From: an uncultured Campylobacter sp.
GTDB taxonomy: Bacteria; Campylobacterota; Campylobacteria; Campylobacterales; Campylobacteraceae
Length of the DNA: 64,000 bases
Direction: 5' to 3'
Assembly (NCBI GenBank): GCA_963530195.1
Contig: CAUSCW010000004.1
Span: 5,937 to 69,936 of the forward strand
Under the pieces are notes generated by a model, which was not told the origin of the DNA, ran no database searches, and worked only from the letters and a program-made list of their open reading frames with translations. Shown one piece after another: positions 1 to 8,831 of this stretch. Positions within the stretch are counted from its first letter, which is position 1; every line of letters begins with the position of its first letter. The translations under genes and the position numbers were made by a program.

Positions 1-1468
1 GCTGATTTGTTATTATAAATAAATTATCTACAATATTTGCATATAGCTTTTTTTCTAATATATTCTCAAATTCTTTCTTATTGGTAAAATTTATAAATTT
101 CCTTACAGGCTTCTTATTATTAGGTATTTCATTGTCAAAAATAAGAATGACTGGATTTGCAGCTATGTCTTTTGTTATTTTTTTAAAATACTCAGAATAA
201 TTTACAACTTCTCGTCCTACAAAAAACCTATAGATATTTTGAATTGAATCCGCTCCATCTTTTACAAAATTTAAAAAATATTCAAGTCTCTTTGTTCTTC
301 TTAAAAATGATACTTTAAATTCAAATTTGTCATTACTATTTTTTTTAATCAAATCTGGAAAATCTGCATATAGACTTTTTATCGCAGATTTCAAATACAG
401 TATATCCGTTTTTCCTTCTGTAATAATGAGTGGTTTTTGATTAGCAAAGAAATACTTATAAAAAATAAATTTTTGATATTCTTTTTCTCTGCAATTTAAC
501 TTTTTATCATTATTTTTCTTACAATCGTTATGTTTATTATCATTAATATTGATTATATTGTTATACCGATCAATTTGATTAATAAAAGCAAATCTTCCTT
601 CAAGTTGATTCATGGTGGCATCTTTGCCATCAATATTAAAGGATTTATTCTTATAAAGAGAATTGGCCATAGCTCTTGTATATTTACAATAACTATGATT
701 TATACTTATTTTTTTATTAACAACCAATCCAGTAACTTCTTGTCTTGAATCTTTATAGAAAAGCCTAGTCTTCTTCTGGTTAATGCAAAAGCCCGCCTTT
801 TCTACTTCTTTCGAAATACACAATAAAAACTCATTATATATATTCAAAAAATCTTTATTATTGGTAGAAAATGTTAAATCATCTGCGTATCTTGTATAAT
901 CAAGCTTATATTTTTTAGCAAGTTTTAATATTCGCATATCAAATATATTACATATTATGTTTGATATAATTGGAGAAGTCGGGGCTCCTTGCGGAAGAGA
1001 ACCCTTGTAACAACATAATTGAGCTATAATAATTGCTATATCTTTTGGGATTCTGAAATTTATATTTTTTTCAAAAAACCCAACAACTCTACCGAAATGA
1101 AAGCTAGCGAAAAAGTCCTTTAAATCTATATTTAAAACAAACCGCTTATTTCTGTGGATTCTAGCATTAGTTATTATGCTTTTGCCTTTTTCAAAACCGT
1201 GAGAGATATTAATTTTTATATTTTCATCTTTTTTGATCTTATTTTGATAGTTATACAGCTTATTCATTAGTCTATTTTGTATTTTTTTTAAAATCTTCTT
1301 ATCAGGCGCATTAATGATTCTAGTGCCACCATTCTTCTTTGGTATTTCAAATGTAGTATATAAATTCTCCACTTTAATGTGATAAAGTATGTAGGTTAAT
1401 AATTTAAGTTCAATTCCCAAAAAAACAGCAAAATCTTTTCTTGTTTTTACATCTTTTAAACTAAGCAT
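1..1468 (-). CDS. Retron reverse transcriptase-TOPRIM fusion, Ec67/Eco2 (type I-C) family; 3' end runs off the window
   Basis: Hand translation from ATG 1468 (RBS GGATAG) is open to base 2: MLSLKDVKTRKDFAVFLG...FEIPKKNGGTRIINAP...SHGFEKGKSIITNARIH (retron region X NAxxH, 1168-1154)...IDLKDFF...LPQGAPTSP...YTRYADDLTFS (YADD 889-878)...RQEVTGLVVN (region Y VTG 736-728)...PLIITEGKTDILYLKSA (TOPRIM, 421-404)...ILIFDNE. Confidence 0.96.
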   Translation of the reverse strand, partial: MLSLKDVKTRKDFAVFLGIELKLLTYILYHIKVENLYTTFEIPKKNGGTRIINAPDKKILKKIQNRLMNKLYNYQNKIKKDENIKINISHGFEKGKSIITNARIHRNKRFVLNIDLKDFFASFHFGRVVGFFEKNINFRIPKDIAIIIAQLCCYKGSLPQGAPTSPIISNIICNIFDMRILKLAKKYKLDYTRYADDLTFSTNNKDFLNIYNEFLLCISKEVEKAGFCINQKKTRLFYKDSRQEVTGLVVNKKISINHSYCKYTRAMANSLYKNKSFNIDGKDATMNQLEGRFAFINQIDRYNNIININDNKHNDCKKNNDKKLNCREKEYQKFIFYKYFFANQKPLIITEGKTDILYLKSAIKSLYADFPDLIKKNSNDKFEFKVSFLRRTKRLEYFLNFVKDGADSIQNIYRFFVGREVVNYSEYFKKITKDIAANPVILIFDNEIPNNKKPVRKFINFTNKKEFENILEKKLYANIVDNLFIITNQ

Positions 1469-1491
1469 AACTATCCAAAGGAAAAATCAGA

Positions 1492-1605
1492 ATGTGTGGC
1501 AACTCATTATACAAAATAATTGCATTATTGTAAGCATGTAGCAAAGTTTGCCAACATTTTAGTCAACGTTTGCGAAACACAAACACAAAATCTAGCCACA
1601 CATCT
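1492..1605 (-). ncRNA. Retron msr-msd non-coding RNA
   Basis: 9-bp perfect inverted repeat ATGTGTGGC (1492-1500) / GCCACACAT (1595-1603). On the minus strand the 5' arm is followed by TAG (candidate branching G at 1592). Internal hairpins at 1568-1584, 1536-1557 and 1510-1532. Lies 24 bp upstream of the RT start. Confidence 0.88.
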
Positions 1606-1610
1606 TTGAA

Positions 1611-1635
1611 ATTGTAAATATTTTTAGCTTAATTA
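1611..1635 (-). promoter_or_regulatory. Putative sigma70 promoter of the retron
   Basis: -10-like TACAAT at 1616-1611 with upstream TTAAGCTAAAA AT-rich element; would place +1 at about 1605-1604, just before the msr inverted-repeat arm. Confidence 0.6.
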
Positions 1636-2187
1636 ACTATTAAACTCATTGAGTAAAAATTTATCAGTTTAATAAGCTTTTTATGACTTTAGAAAATATC
1701 TTTATGCCAGCCGTATTTTGCGATGGGTTTTTCGTGCTATCTTTTCCCCTTCTACCCCCATATCGGCAATATAATCGTAGCTTTTGATGATTATCCACGC
1801 TCCGTCATATCAAAGACCAAGTCGCTGAGATTTACCAAATAATGCAGTACATGCAGAATCCATCGATATCGGTAAATGTGGTTTCGTAGTCGTTTTAAAG
1901 GATATAAAGTGTATTTCCCGTACCCGAGCGACTATAAGTTATTTCGCCGACTTCATGCACTATGCCCTCATTACTTATGCCAAAGTGCGCGGCGCTCGGG
2001 CTACCGCCTGATATACCGCTTTTGCGAAGGCTGCTTTTGCGTAGAAATTTGGCAGCGCGCCGCGTAAAGATACCGCTCTGCGCGAAATTTTGAAATTTTG
2101 CGTTTTGTAAATTTTAAATTTAATGCGTCGTTTGGCAACTGTCGCGAGACGGCGAAATTTTATAATGTAATAGGCGCCGCTTTTTGA

Positions 2188-2532
2188 ATACGGATAGCCC
2201 GCCACCGCGAAGTAAAATTTAAACCATACGGCGCGAGCGAGGTCGTTTTTGAGCCCGAAGCGCAAAAGGCGCTACAGCACATCAAGGCTTTGGGGCTTGA
2301 GCGGCTAAACGTCTGCATCGCAAAGACGCAGTATAGCTTCAGCGACGACGCCAAGGCGCTCGGGCGAGCGCGCGGCTTTAAGCTTAGCGTTAAAGACCTT
2401 CAAATCCGCACGGGAGCGGGCTTCATCGTCGCCGTCTGCGGCAAGATAATGCTTATGCCGTGGCTGCCGAAGGTTCCTAACGCGCTAAATATGAAGATCA
2501 CGAGCGAGGGGCTCATAAGCGGTCTGGCGTGA
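2188..2532 (+). pseudogene. fhs: Formate-tetrahydrofolate ligase C-terminal remnant
   Basis: YGASEVVFEPEAQKAL...VCIAKTQYSFSDD...GAGFIVAVCGKIMLMPWLPKVPNA...GLISGLA matches the Fhs C-terminus. In-frame stop at 2185, no N-terminal ~440 aa, and conserved MPGLP reads MPWLP. Confidence 0.85.
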
Positions 2533-2949
2533 AATTTTATTTTTTGCGCGTCCATTTTTTTGCGCGCCCGCCTTGGGGTTTAAGCTTAGCTCACCGGCCT
2601 AGTAGCGATTTAGGCTTAGCATTCGTAGGTACTCAGATGAGAGAGCGGAGTAGAGTTACCGATTCGCAAAATTTGGCTGAATTTGCTCGCTTGCGGGTAA
2701 ATTTTAAGCGCGGGATTTTGCGGATCGGCTTTGATTTTTAAAAACAGAGGCGAATTTGACGAGAATTTGACGAATTGCCCATAAATTCTCGCCAAAGCGG
2801 ATAAAATTGCTTGCCTTTTTGGCAAATCGCCACTAATCGTAAATTTGAGATTTTTACGTCAAATTTAGGGGAAAATCGACGTAACGTATTTCGGCGTTTT
2901 TATTGATCAAATTTGCCCAGGAAAGCCAAAAATCCTGCGCGAAACAGAG

Positions 2950-3390
2950 CTAAATTTTAACCTTCTCCCACGTCTCAATCCCGCCTGCAATCTCCTCAAA
3001 AACGCCTGCGATTTCTATATTTTTTACGCTTAAATTTCGCTCGTAAACTACTCTGTCGCGCGTTTTTAGCTTCTTTTGTAAAAAGGCGAATTCATACTCG
3101 ATCTGACCGCGAGCGACGCTGATTTTAGCCAAATTTCGCGCGTCAAATTCGCCCACCTTCGCGGCGTCAAATTTATACCCGCGAGCGCAGCCCTCCTCAT
3201 AAACTTCCGCTAGATACGCATTTATCGCCTCTAGCGCGTTTTCATGCGCGTAAAAGCGGTCGAGCTGCGGGTGATTTTTGTAGCCCTTAGTAAGCCCAGC
3301 CAGCACGTTTTTAGCTAGCAGCGCCTCGCGCCACAGCGCCACGAGCCCCTTTGCGTCGAGATATTTAAAGCTTATCGTCCAAAGTCTCAT
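2950..3390 (-). CDS. Pyrimidine-dimer DNA glycosylase / endonuclease V (DenV-like) family protein
   Basis: MRLW...YLDAKGLVALWREALLA...GYKNHPQLDRF signature. Confidence 0.85.
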   Translation of the reverse strand: MRLWTISFKYLDAKGLVALWREALLAKNVLAGLTKGYKNHPQLDRFYAHENALEAINAYLAEVYEEGCARGYKFDAAKVGEFDARNLAKISVARGQIEYEFAFLQKKLKTRDRVVYERNLSVKNIEIAGVFEEIAGGIETWEKVKI

Positions 3391-3532
3391 TTTCGCCTTT
3401 CGTTAAATTTCGTCTTCAAATTCGGCGCGCTTTGCGCCGCAGCCTGAGCGGCGATAAATTCGCGCCTTAAATTTGACCGCGCCCCAGATTAGAGGCTAAA
3501 TTTTATCTCGCCGCACCTTTGAGCTTGTTTGC

Positions 3533-4639
3533 TCATTGCAACTTGCCTCTGCATAGCACGGGGATCTTTTCTACGACCTCGCCGCCGCTTACGAGGTAGG
3601 CGAACTCGTGCAAATTTACGACGGGGCAGATGTGGTTTGGATAAATTTCGAGCCGATCGCCTACGCGCACGGCGTCTCGCAGCGCTCTGTCGTAGATGAT
3701 CGCATGCTCGTCGTAAACGCCGCTCACCCACACGTCCGTGCCCTTTATGCGTCCGAGCCCGGGCGTTGCCGTAAAGCCCTCGGTGCGCCTTTGCTGCGTG
3801 AGCCCCTTGGCGCCGACGTCGGTGATGATGCGATCCGCCGTAGGTCTGCTGATGACGGTCGTAAGGATGCTCGCGGCGTTCATCGAATAATCGCCGTACG
3901 CCTGCGCTTGCGAGGCGTCCATAAAGATATAGGTGCCCGGGCGGATCTCGGTGACGCCCTTTAAAATTTCAAAATCGTTGATGAGCGAAGGCGTCGAGCC
4001 GATGCTAACGACGCGTGCGGGTAGAGCTAGCTCGCGCGCGATATCCGCAAACTCCAGCGTGCGGCGCTGCGCGGCTAGGTGGATGCGCTCGCATTCGCTT
4101 TTGCAGGCGGCTTTGTAGGAGTGGCCGTCGTGGGAGAATACGCCGCGGAATTCTATATTTTTACAGCCTTTTAGAAATTTTATAAACGCTGCGAAATCCT
4201 GCTTTTCCACAAAGCCCGAGCGGTTTTCGCCCACTTCGATCTCGGCAAGCATGCGGGCCTTCGTGCCGCTGCGCTCAAAGGCGCGCTCTATCAGGCTCGC
4301 CTGCTCTATGCTATCTGCGCCGAAGCTTAAGTTTATCCCTGCGCGCAAAAGCGCGATGATGCGCTGAAATTTCAGCTCGCCCACGATCTCGTTTGCGATA
4401 AATATATCTTTCAGCCCGTTTGCCGCCATGATCTCGGCCTCGCCCGTTTTGGCGACCGTGATGCCCGCAGCGCCGATGCTCTCTTGCAGCTTCGCGAAAT
4501 AGGGCATTTTGTGCGTTTTGGTGTGCGGGCGCAGGCTCACGCCCGCGGCGTCCGCGTAGCTTTGCATCTTTTGCAGGTTGCGAAGCACGATCTCGCGATC
4601 AATCAGCAACGCCGGCGTGTCGATGTCGGATACCCTCAT
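3533..4639 (-). CDS. DSD1/D-threonine aldolase family PLP-dependent enzyme (alanine-racemase fold)
   Basis: TPALLID, LRPHTKTHK (PLP Lys), HDGHSY, SIGSTP, EIRPGTYIFMD, DEH, PNHICP motifs; RBS GGAGG. Confidence 0.9.
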   Translation of the reverse strand: MRVSDIDTPALLIDREIVLRNLQKMQSYADAAGVSLRPHTKTHKMPYFAKLQESIGAAGITVAKTGEAEIMAANGLKDIFIANEIVGELKFQRIIALLRAGINLSFGADSIEQASLIERAFERSGTKARMLAEIEVGENRSGFVEKQDFAAFIKFLKGCKNIEFRGVFSHDGHSYKAACKSECERIHLAAQRRTLEFADIARELALPARVVSIGSTPSLINDFEILKGVTEIRPGTYIFMDASQAQAYGDYSMNAASILTTVISRPTADRIITDVGAKGLTQQRRTEGFTATPGLGRIKGTDVWVSGVYDEHAIIYDRALRDAVRVGDRLEIYPNHICPVVNLHEFAYLVSGGEVVEKIPVLCRGKLQ

Positions 4640-4712
4640 AAGCTTCCTCCTAGTTAAATTTACGAAATTTTAATGCAGCCGCGCTTAGTAACTGCGCCCG
4701 TTTCGCAGTGCC

Positions 4713-4880
4713 TAAATTTTAAAATTTAGCGCCGCTTGCAAAGGGCGAAATTTACCTGTCACTTGCAAAAAGCGGAATTTGTGCGCCGTAAATTTAGCGC
4801 CGCCTGCGAAATGCGGCTTGCTCGCTGCAAATTCGGCGCCATTCGCGAAGCGTCTGAATTTAGCGAGCAAATTTGCGTTT
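4713..4880. repeat. Intergenic array of RAATTY-cored ~15-25 bp units
   Basis: AAATTTAGCGCCGC occurs twice (about 4722 and 4790), plus AAATTCGGCGCC, GAATTTAGCG, AAATTTGCG variants. Confidence 0.6.
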
Positions 4881-5291
4881 CCGTGTCGCGCAAAGCAGCA
4901 CCGGTAAAAGCAATACCGCGCGCCGCATGAAAAAGTCAAAATAAAATTTTAAAATGCGCCGAGTAAAAATCAATATGCGCGCCGTACCGCTAGGCTCACG
5001 GAGTTTTCAGCTCCGCTTCACGCCGTTTTATTCCTCGCGCGCCTGTTTTTCTTGCGGCGCATATTCGCGTTAAATTTTTCGGCAAGCGACCCGGCGTACT
5101 AGCCGTTTTGCGCTGCTGTCTCTGTTTCCGCGCCGCCGCTCATATTTTTTTGATAAATCCGTTTGCACCGCTGCCAGTGTTTTTTACTAAAGCTCGTTTT
5201 GCGCCGCGCACTGCACATCGCCACCTATTTAGTGCCGTCGCTCGTTTTAGCAGCGACATTTCATTTCTGGTGCGCCTCGCTTCGCGATTTA

Positions 5292-6005
5292 CTATTTTTT
5301 GTCTTGTAATACCTTGTCGCGCCATTTCGAGTTTGCTTTATTATCGGTCGCTACGTCTTTGGATATCTCGGCTGCCGCTTCGAAATTTTTACTTACACCC
5401 TCTTTGGAATTCTCGTATTTTAGGGCATTTTCGCTTTTGATGCCGATGCTTTGCGCCTCACTTGCGGCGTCGATATTAGCGCCTAAAAAGATAAACTCCC
5501 AGTCATATTTTTCCTGCTTGTCGCTAATCATCTTCTTAATCTGCGCTTTGGAGTATTCGCGGCTTGAGTTTTCCTGCCCGTCGGTGATGATGACGAAAAG
5601 CACGCGATTGTTTTTGGCATAGATGTCTGGTACCCGCTCGATACGTGCTATAGTGCTGCCGACGGCGTCAAGTAGCGCGGTGTTGCCACCGGCGTAGTAC
5701 TCCTTGGACGTTAGATTTTCGACCTTCGCAAGCGGCGTGCGGTCGTGGATGACATTAAATTTCGTATCGAAAAGCACGGTCGTGACGCTGGCGTCGATGC
5801 CCTCTTTGCGCTCCTTTTCTATCATCGAGTTAAATCCGCCGATCGTATCGCTCTCAAGCCCGCTCATCGAGCCTGATTTATCTAAGATCAGCACCAATTC
5901 CAGGTGATTTACGCCGTCTTTATGATCGGGCGGCGTCTCTAGCTCTACACTTTTGGCAAACAATATGCCCGCAAGCGCGGCAACAAGAAGGATGATTTTT
6001 TTCAT
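5292..6005 (-). CDS. Exported von Willebrand factor A (vWA) domain protein
   Basis: N-terminal signal peptide; MIDAS ILDKSGSM, TALLDAVG, VIITDGQEN. Confidence 0.88.
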   Translation of the reverse strand: MKKIILLVAALAGILFAKSVELETPPDHKDGVNHLELVLILDKSGSMSGLESDTIGGFNSMIEKERKEGIDASVTTVLFDTKFNVIHDRTPLAKVENLTSKEYYAGGNTALLDAVGSTIARIERVPDIYAKNNRVLFVIITDGQENSSREYSKAQIKKMISDKQEKYDWEFIFLGANIDAASEAQSIGIKSENALKYENSKEGVSKNFEAAAEISKDVATDNKANSKWRDKVLQDKK

Positions 6006-6059
6006 AGGGGCTCCTTTGTTAAAATTTTATTATTTTACTATTGTATCGCTTAATCAATG

Positions 6060-6250
6060 AAATTTTATCGCAAAGCTTCGCCGCACGCCCCTGCTGGGTA
6101 AATTTTAATACGAAATTTTGTCGTGGAATTTTAACGTATCCTTGCAAGAGGCGCCGCAAATTGAGGCGTGACATAGAATTTTGCATGGCACAGAATTTCA
6201 CCGCGAAATTTTAAGGCGTAGAATTTTATATGGCACGGAATTTTATAACG
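6060..6250. repeat. Intergenic RAATTY array with 25-bp imperfect direct repeat
   Basis: TAGAATTTTGCATGGCACAGAATTT (6174-6198) and TAGAATTTTATATGGCACGGAATTT (6219-6243), among about 9 RAATTY words. Confidence 0.65.
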
Positions 6251-6258
6251 CCGCAAAA

Positions 6259-7152
6259 TCAAACGTCTGCGGATCTGCTCCGTTTCGCGCTGAGGTAGCT
6301 TCCGATCTCGCTTATCAAGACGCCTGCGAGGATGAGCGCCGCGCCTAAAATTTGCATCGCGTTTAGCCTTTCGCCGCCTACGAATACCCCCATAATGCCC
6401 GCCGTTACGGGCTCTAGCGTGAAAAACAGAGCGGTTTTTACGGGCGTCGTGTATTTTTGCATCAAAGCTTGCGCAAAAAAGCCAAAAACCGTTCCCAGCA
6501 AGCAGATCACCGCCATCGCGACGAAAAAGCTTCGGTCCATCACCGGCACGATGCTGACTCTCTCAAAAAAGATCGTCGCGAAGCAGCAAAGCACGCTTAG
6601 GCAGAGGATCTGTACGTAGGCGATGCCCGCTACGTCGCAGCTTTGAACGAAGCGATTGGTTAGCACGATGTGAAACGAATACGCGCACGCGCAGACTAGC
6701 GCCAGCGCTTCGCCCTTGCCGAGCCCAAGCTGCGTGTCGCCGATGAGATAGAGCCCAGCGATCGCAAGCGCGATACCCGCGTAGGCGTAGGAGTAAATTT
6801 TATGCCTAAACAGCGCCGCGGCGATGAAGGGCACGAGTGCGACGTTTAGGCCGATGATGAAGGCTACGGAGGAACTTTGCGCGAATTTAAAGGCGAAGGT
6901 CTGCGACGTAAAACCCGCGAATAAAAACAGGCTAAGCATCGCGCCGTGCTTGATCTCACGCGAAGTTATGGCTTTGAGCTTCGGGAAAAATATCGCGCCT
7001 GCGATGATGCTCGCGGCGAAAAAGCGCCAAAATAGCAGCACGAAGACGTTGTTGCTCGCAAGCGCCTGCGAGGTGGGCAGATACCCGAGCCCAAAAGCGA
7101 TCGCTACGAAGAGCATTCCGATGTCGGCTCTAAATTCCAAACTTTTATTCAT
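6259..7152 (-). CDS. DMT/EamA family transporter
   Basis: About 10 TM helices in two EamA repeats; LLFWRF, TLEPV, GERLN motifs. Confidence 0.9.
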   Translation of the reverse strand: MNKSLEFRADIGMLFVAIAFGLGYLPTSQALASNNVFVLLFWRFFAASIIAGAIFFPKLKAITSREIKHGAMLSLFLFAGFTSQTFAFKFAQSSSVAFIIGLNVALVPFIAAALFRHKIYSYAYAGIALAIAGLYLIGDTQLGLGKGEALALVCACAYSFHIVLTNRFVQSCDVAGIAYVQILCLSVLCCFATIFFERVSIVPVMDRSFFVAMAVICLLGTVFGFFAQALMQKYTTPVKTALFFTLEPVTAGIMGVFVGGERLNAMQILGAALILAGVLISEIGSYLSAKRSRSADV

Positions 7153-7373
7153 CTGTGTCCTTTTTGAAAATTTAAAATCGTAATTTTACGAAATTTTAGG
7201 TAAAAAATAGGCTAAATTTTGACGATTTTGACGGAGCGGTTTGGAATTTTGGTTTTTTAAGATCGCGAGTTAAATTTTAAGCGCCCGGCTCGTTTTAAGC
7301 TTTCGGCTCGTCTTTTTAGGCTTGTATTGGGCTTGCGCGCGCGATCATTGCGCCGCGTGGATAAATTTAAAAT

Positions 7374-8096
7374 TTAATCGCCCGCGCCCTCTTTGTCGTT
7401 TTTTAGAATTTCTATGTTTGCGCGCTCATTCGCGCCTTTTAAGCTTATAGTTTTTTTGAGCGCGGATTTAAGGGGAGCCTTCGCCTCTTTTGATTTCATC
7501 ATCTTATAGCGCCTCTTTCTTATCTCTGCTTCAATAAATTTTATATCTTGCTGTGCGTATGGGAATGAGAGCGTGAAATTTTTTCCGCTTTGCCCGTCTT
7601 CTACTATCAAAATTGGCATCTCGCCCCTCATCCCTTTCTCCGTAAGGGCGTTTTCTATATCGATCTTTGTGCTAAATTTAAACGATAAAAATCTCCACTC
7701 TTTCCTTACGGTGCGGCTATCTATGATGACGCCCTTTTCGGATAACGGCAGTATGGCAATTAGCATCATTGCAAGACCCATCGCGATCACGAGTGCGGTC
7801 TCGCCGCCGCCTCTTTGCATATACCCGCCTACGCATAAAGGGTCATTTGTATCAAAGCATGCAACTTTACCTCCGCCTCTTGTTGTTTTTATCCAAGGCT
7901 CATCAAACGCTACCAGCGAACCCCAGGATAAAAATAGCACGATAAGCATAGTTTTTGCTATGGGGCTAGGAGGAATGAGCCAGGCGCCCTTTTGCACGGT
8001 TTTATAAGAGGCGTTGCTTTTAAAAACCATGCTTTTAAAAATAGCAAGCCCAAACAGTAAAAGATTTATGCCGAATATCAAATATAAAAATATCAT
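7374..8096 (-). CDS. Hypothetical membrane protein (paralog of 8139-8831)
   Basis: 3 hydrophobic segments; shares SYKTVxxG..IPP, CFxxxDPxCVxGY and KGxxID...KEW motifs with its neighbour. Confidence 0.75.
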   Translation of the reverse strand: MIFLYLIFGINLLLFGLAIFKSMVFKSNASYKTVQKGAWLIPPSPIAKTMLIVLFLSWGSLVAFDEPWIKTTRGGGKVACFDTNDPLCVGGYMQRGGGETALVIAMGLAMMLIAILPLSEKGVIIDSRTVRKEWRFLSFKFSTKIDIENALTEKGMRGEMPILIVEDGQSGKNFTLSFPYAQQDIKFIEAEIRKRRYKMMKSKEAKAPLKSALKKTISLKGANERANIEILKNDKEGAGD

Positions 8097-8138
8097 GCCG
8101 CCGCCTTAAATTTAGATATTTTTAGCGTTAAATTAAGC

Positions 8139-8831
8139 TCAAGAATTTTGCTCGCTTGCTTTAGTTTTTGAAATTTCAGCGAGCTTTTCGGATATAAAAT
8201 TTTGCAAAAAATCTATATCCCTTCGTGCATATAAAAATCCCGCCCCGAATTTAATGCCGCTAATTTTGCCTCGTATGCTGATTATTTTTACGTTCCATCT
8301 TAAAAATCCCGCGGCGTAGGTCATCTCATCAAAGTTTATCCTTTCCGTATGCCTAAACGGCAGAACTTCCCATTCTTTGCAGATGCCGCTTTTATCTATT
8401 CTGATTCCTTTTTGAATTAGCACGATAAATGAAAAAATTATGGCGCAGACAGATATGATTTTGCCGAGTATTAGTCTTAGCTCGCTTATTTGCAGATATC
8501 CGTCCACGCATCTGGGATCGCCTTCTTCGAAGCATCTTAAATTTATGCCTGCCGCTTTATACTCTTGCGAGCAAACTTTATCATGGGTGTAAAAGCAGGG
8601 TATCGGATTACCGTTATGTTTTGCTACGTGCGGGCTGGATAGAGTGACTACGCCGAAGCTTAGGAATATTATAAACATAGATATTTTTAAAAGCGGATCG
8701 GGTGGGATAAATAATGTCCCGCGATAGACGGTTTTATACGATCTGTTTGTCTGAAGCAATGAAACAAGAAGGCAAAAGCCTATCGTAACATAAAGGATTA
8801 TCGTAGCAAACTCGACTATACTTTGCGACAT
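8139..8831 (-). CDS. Hypothetical membrane protein (paralog of 7374-8096)
   Basis: Same motifs, with the Cys-pair loop present twice (CFYTHDKVC and CFEEGDPRC). Confidence 0.75.
   Translation of the reverse strand: MSQSIVEFATIILYVTIGFCLLVSLLQTNRSYKTVYRGTLFIPPDPLLKISMFIIFLSFGVVTLSSPHVAKHNGNPIPCFYTHDKVCSQEYKAAGINLRCFEEGDPRCVDGYLQISELRLILGKIISVCAIIFSFIVLIQKGIRIDKSGICKEWEVLPFRHTERINFDEMTYAAGFLRWNVKIISIRGKISGIKFGAGFLYARRDIDFLQNFISEKLAEISKTKASEQNS

Noticed and set aside
530..748. 72-aa plus-strand ORF
   Set aside because: Antisense shadow of the retron RT gene
1..1605. Group II intron, DGR or Abi-type RT interpretation
   Set aside because: NAxxH and VTG motifs, a1/a2 repeats and the TOPRIM fusion fit a retron; no intron domain V or TR/VR pair was seen
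2529..2825. Short overlapping ORFs here and at 4712-4939, 6019-6201 and 23524-23766
   Set aside because: Translations of intergenic RAATTY filler with no RBS or family signature
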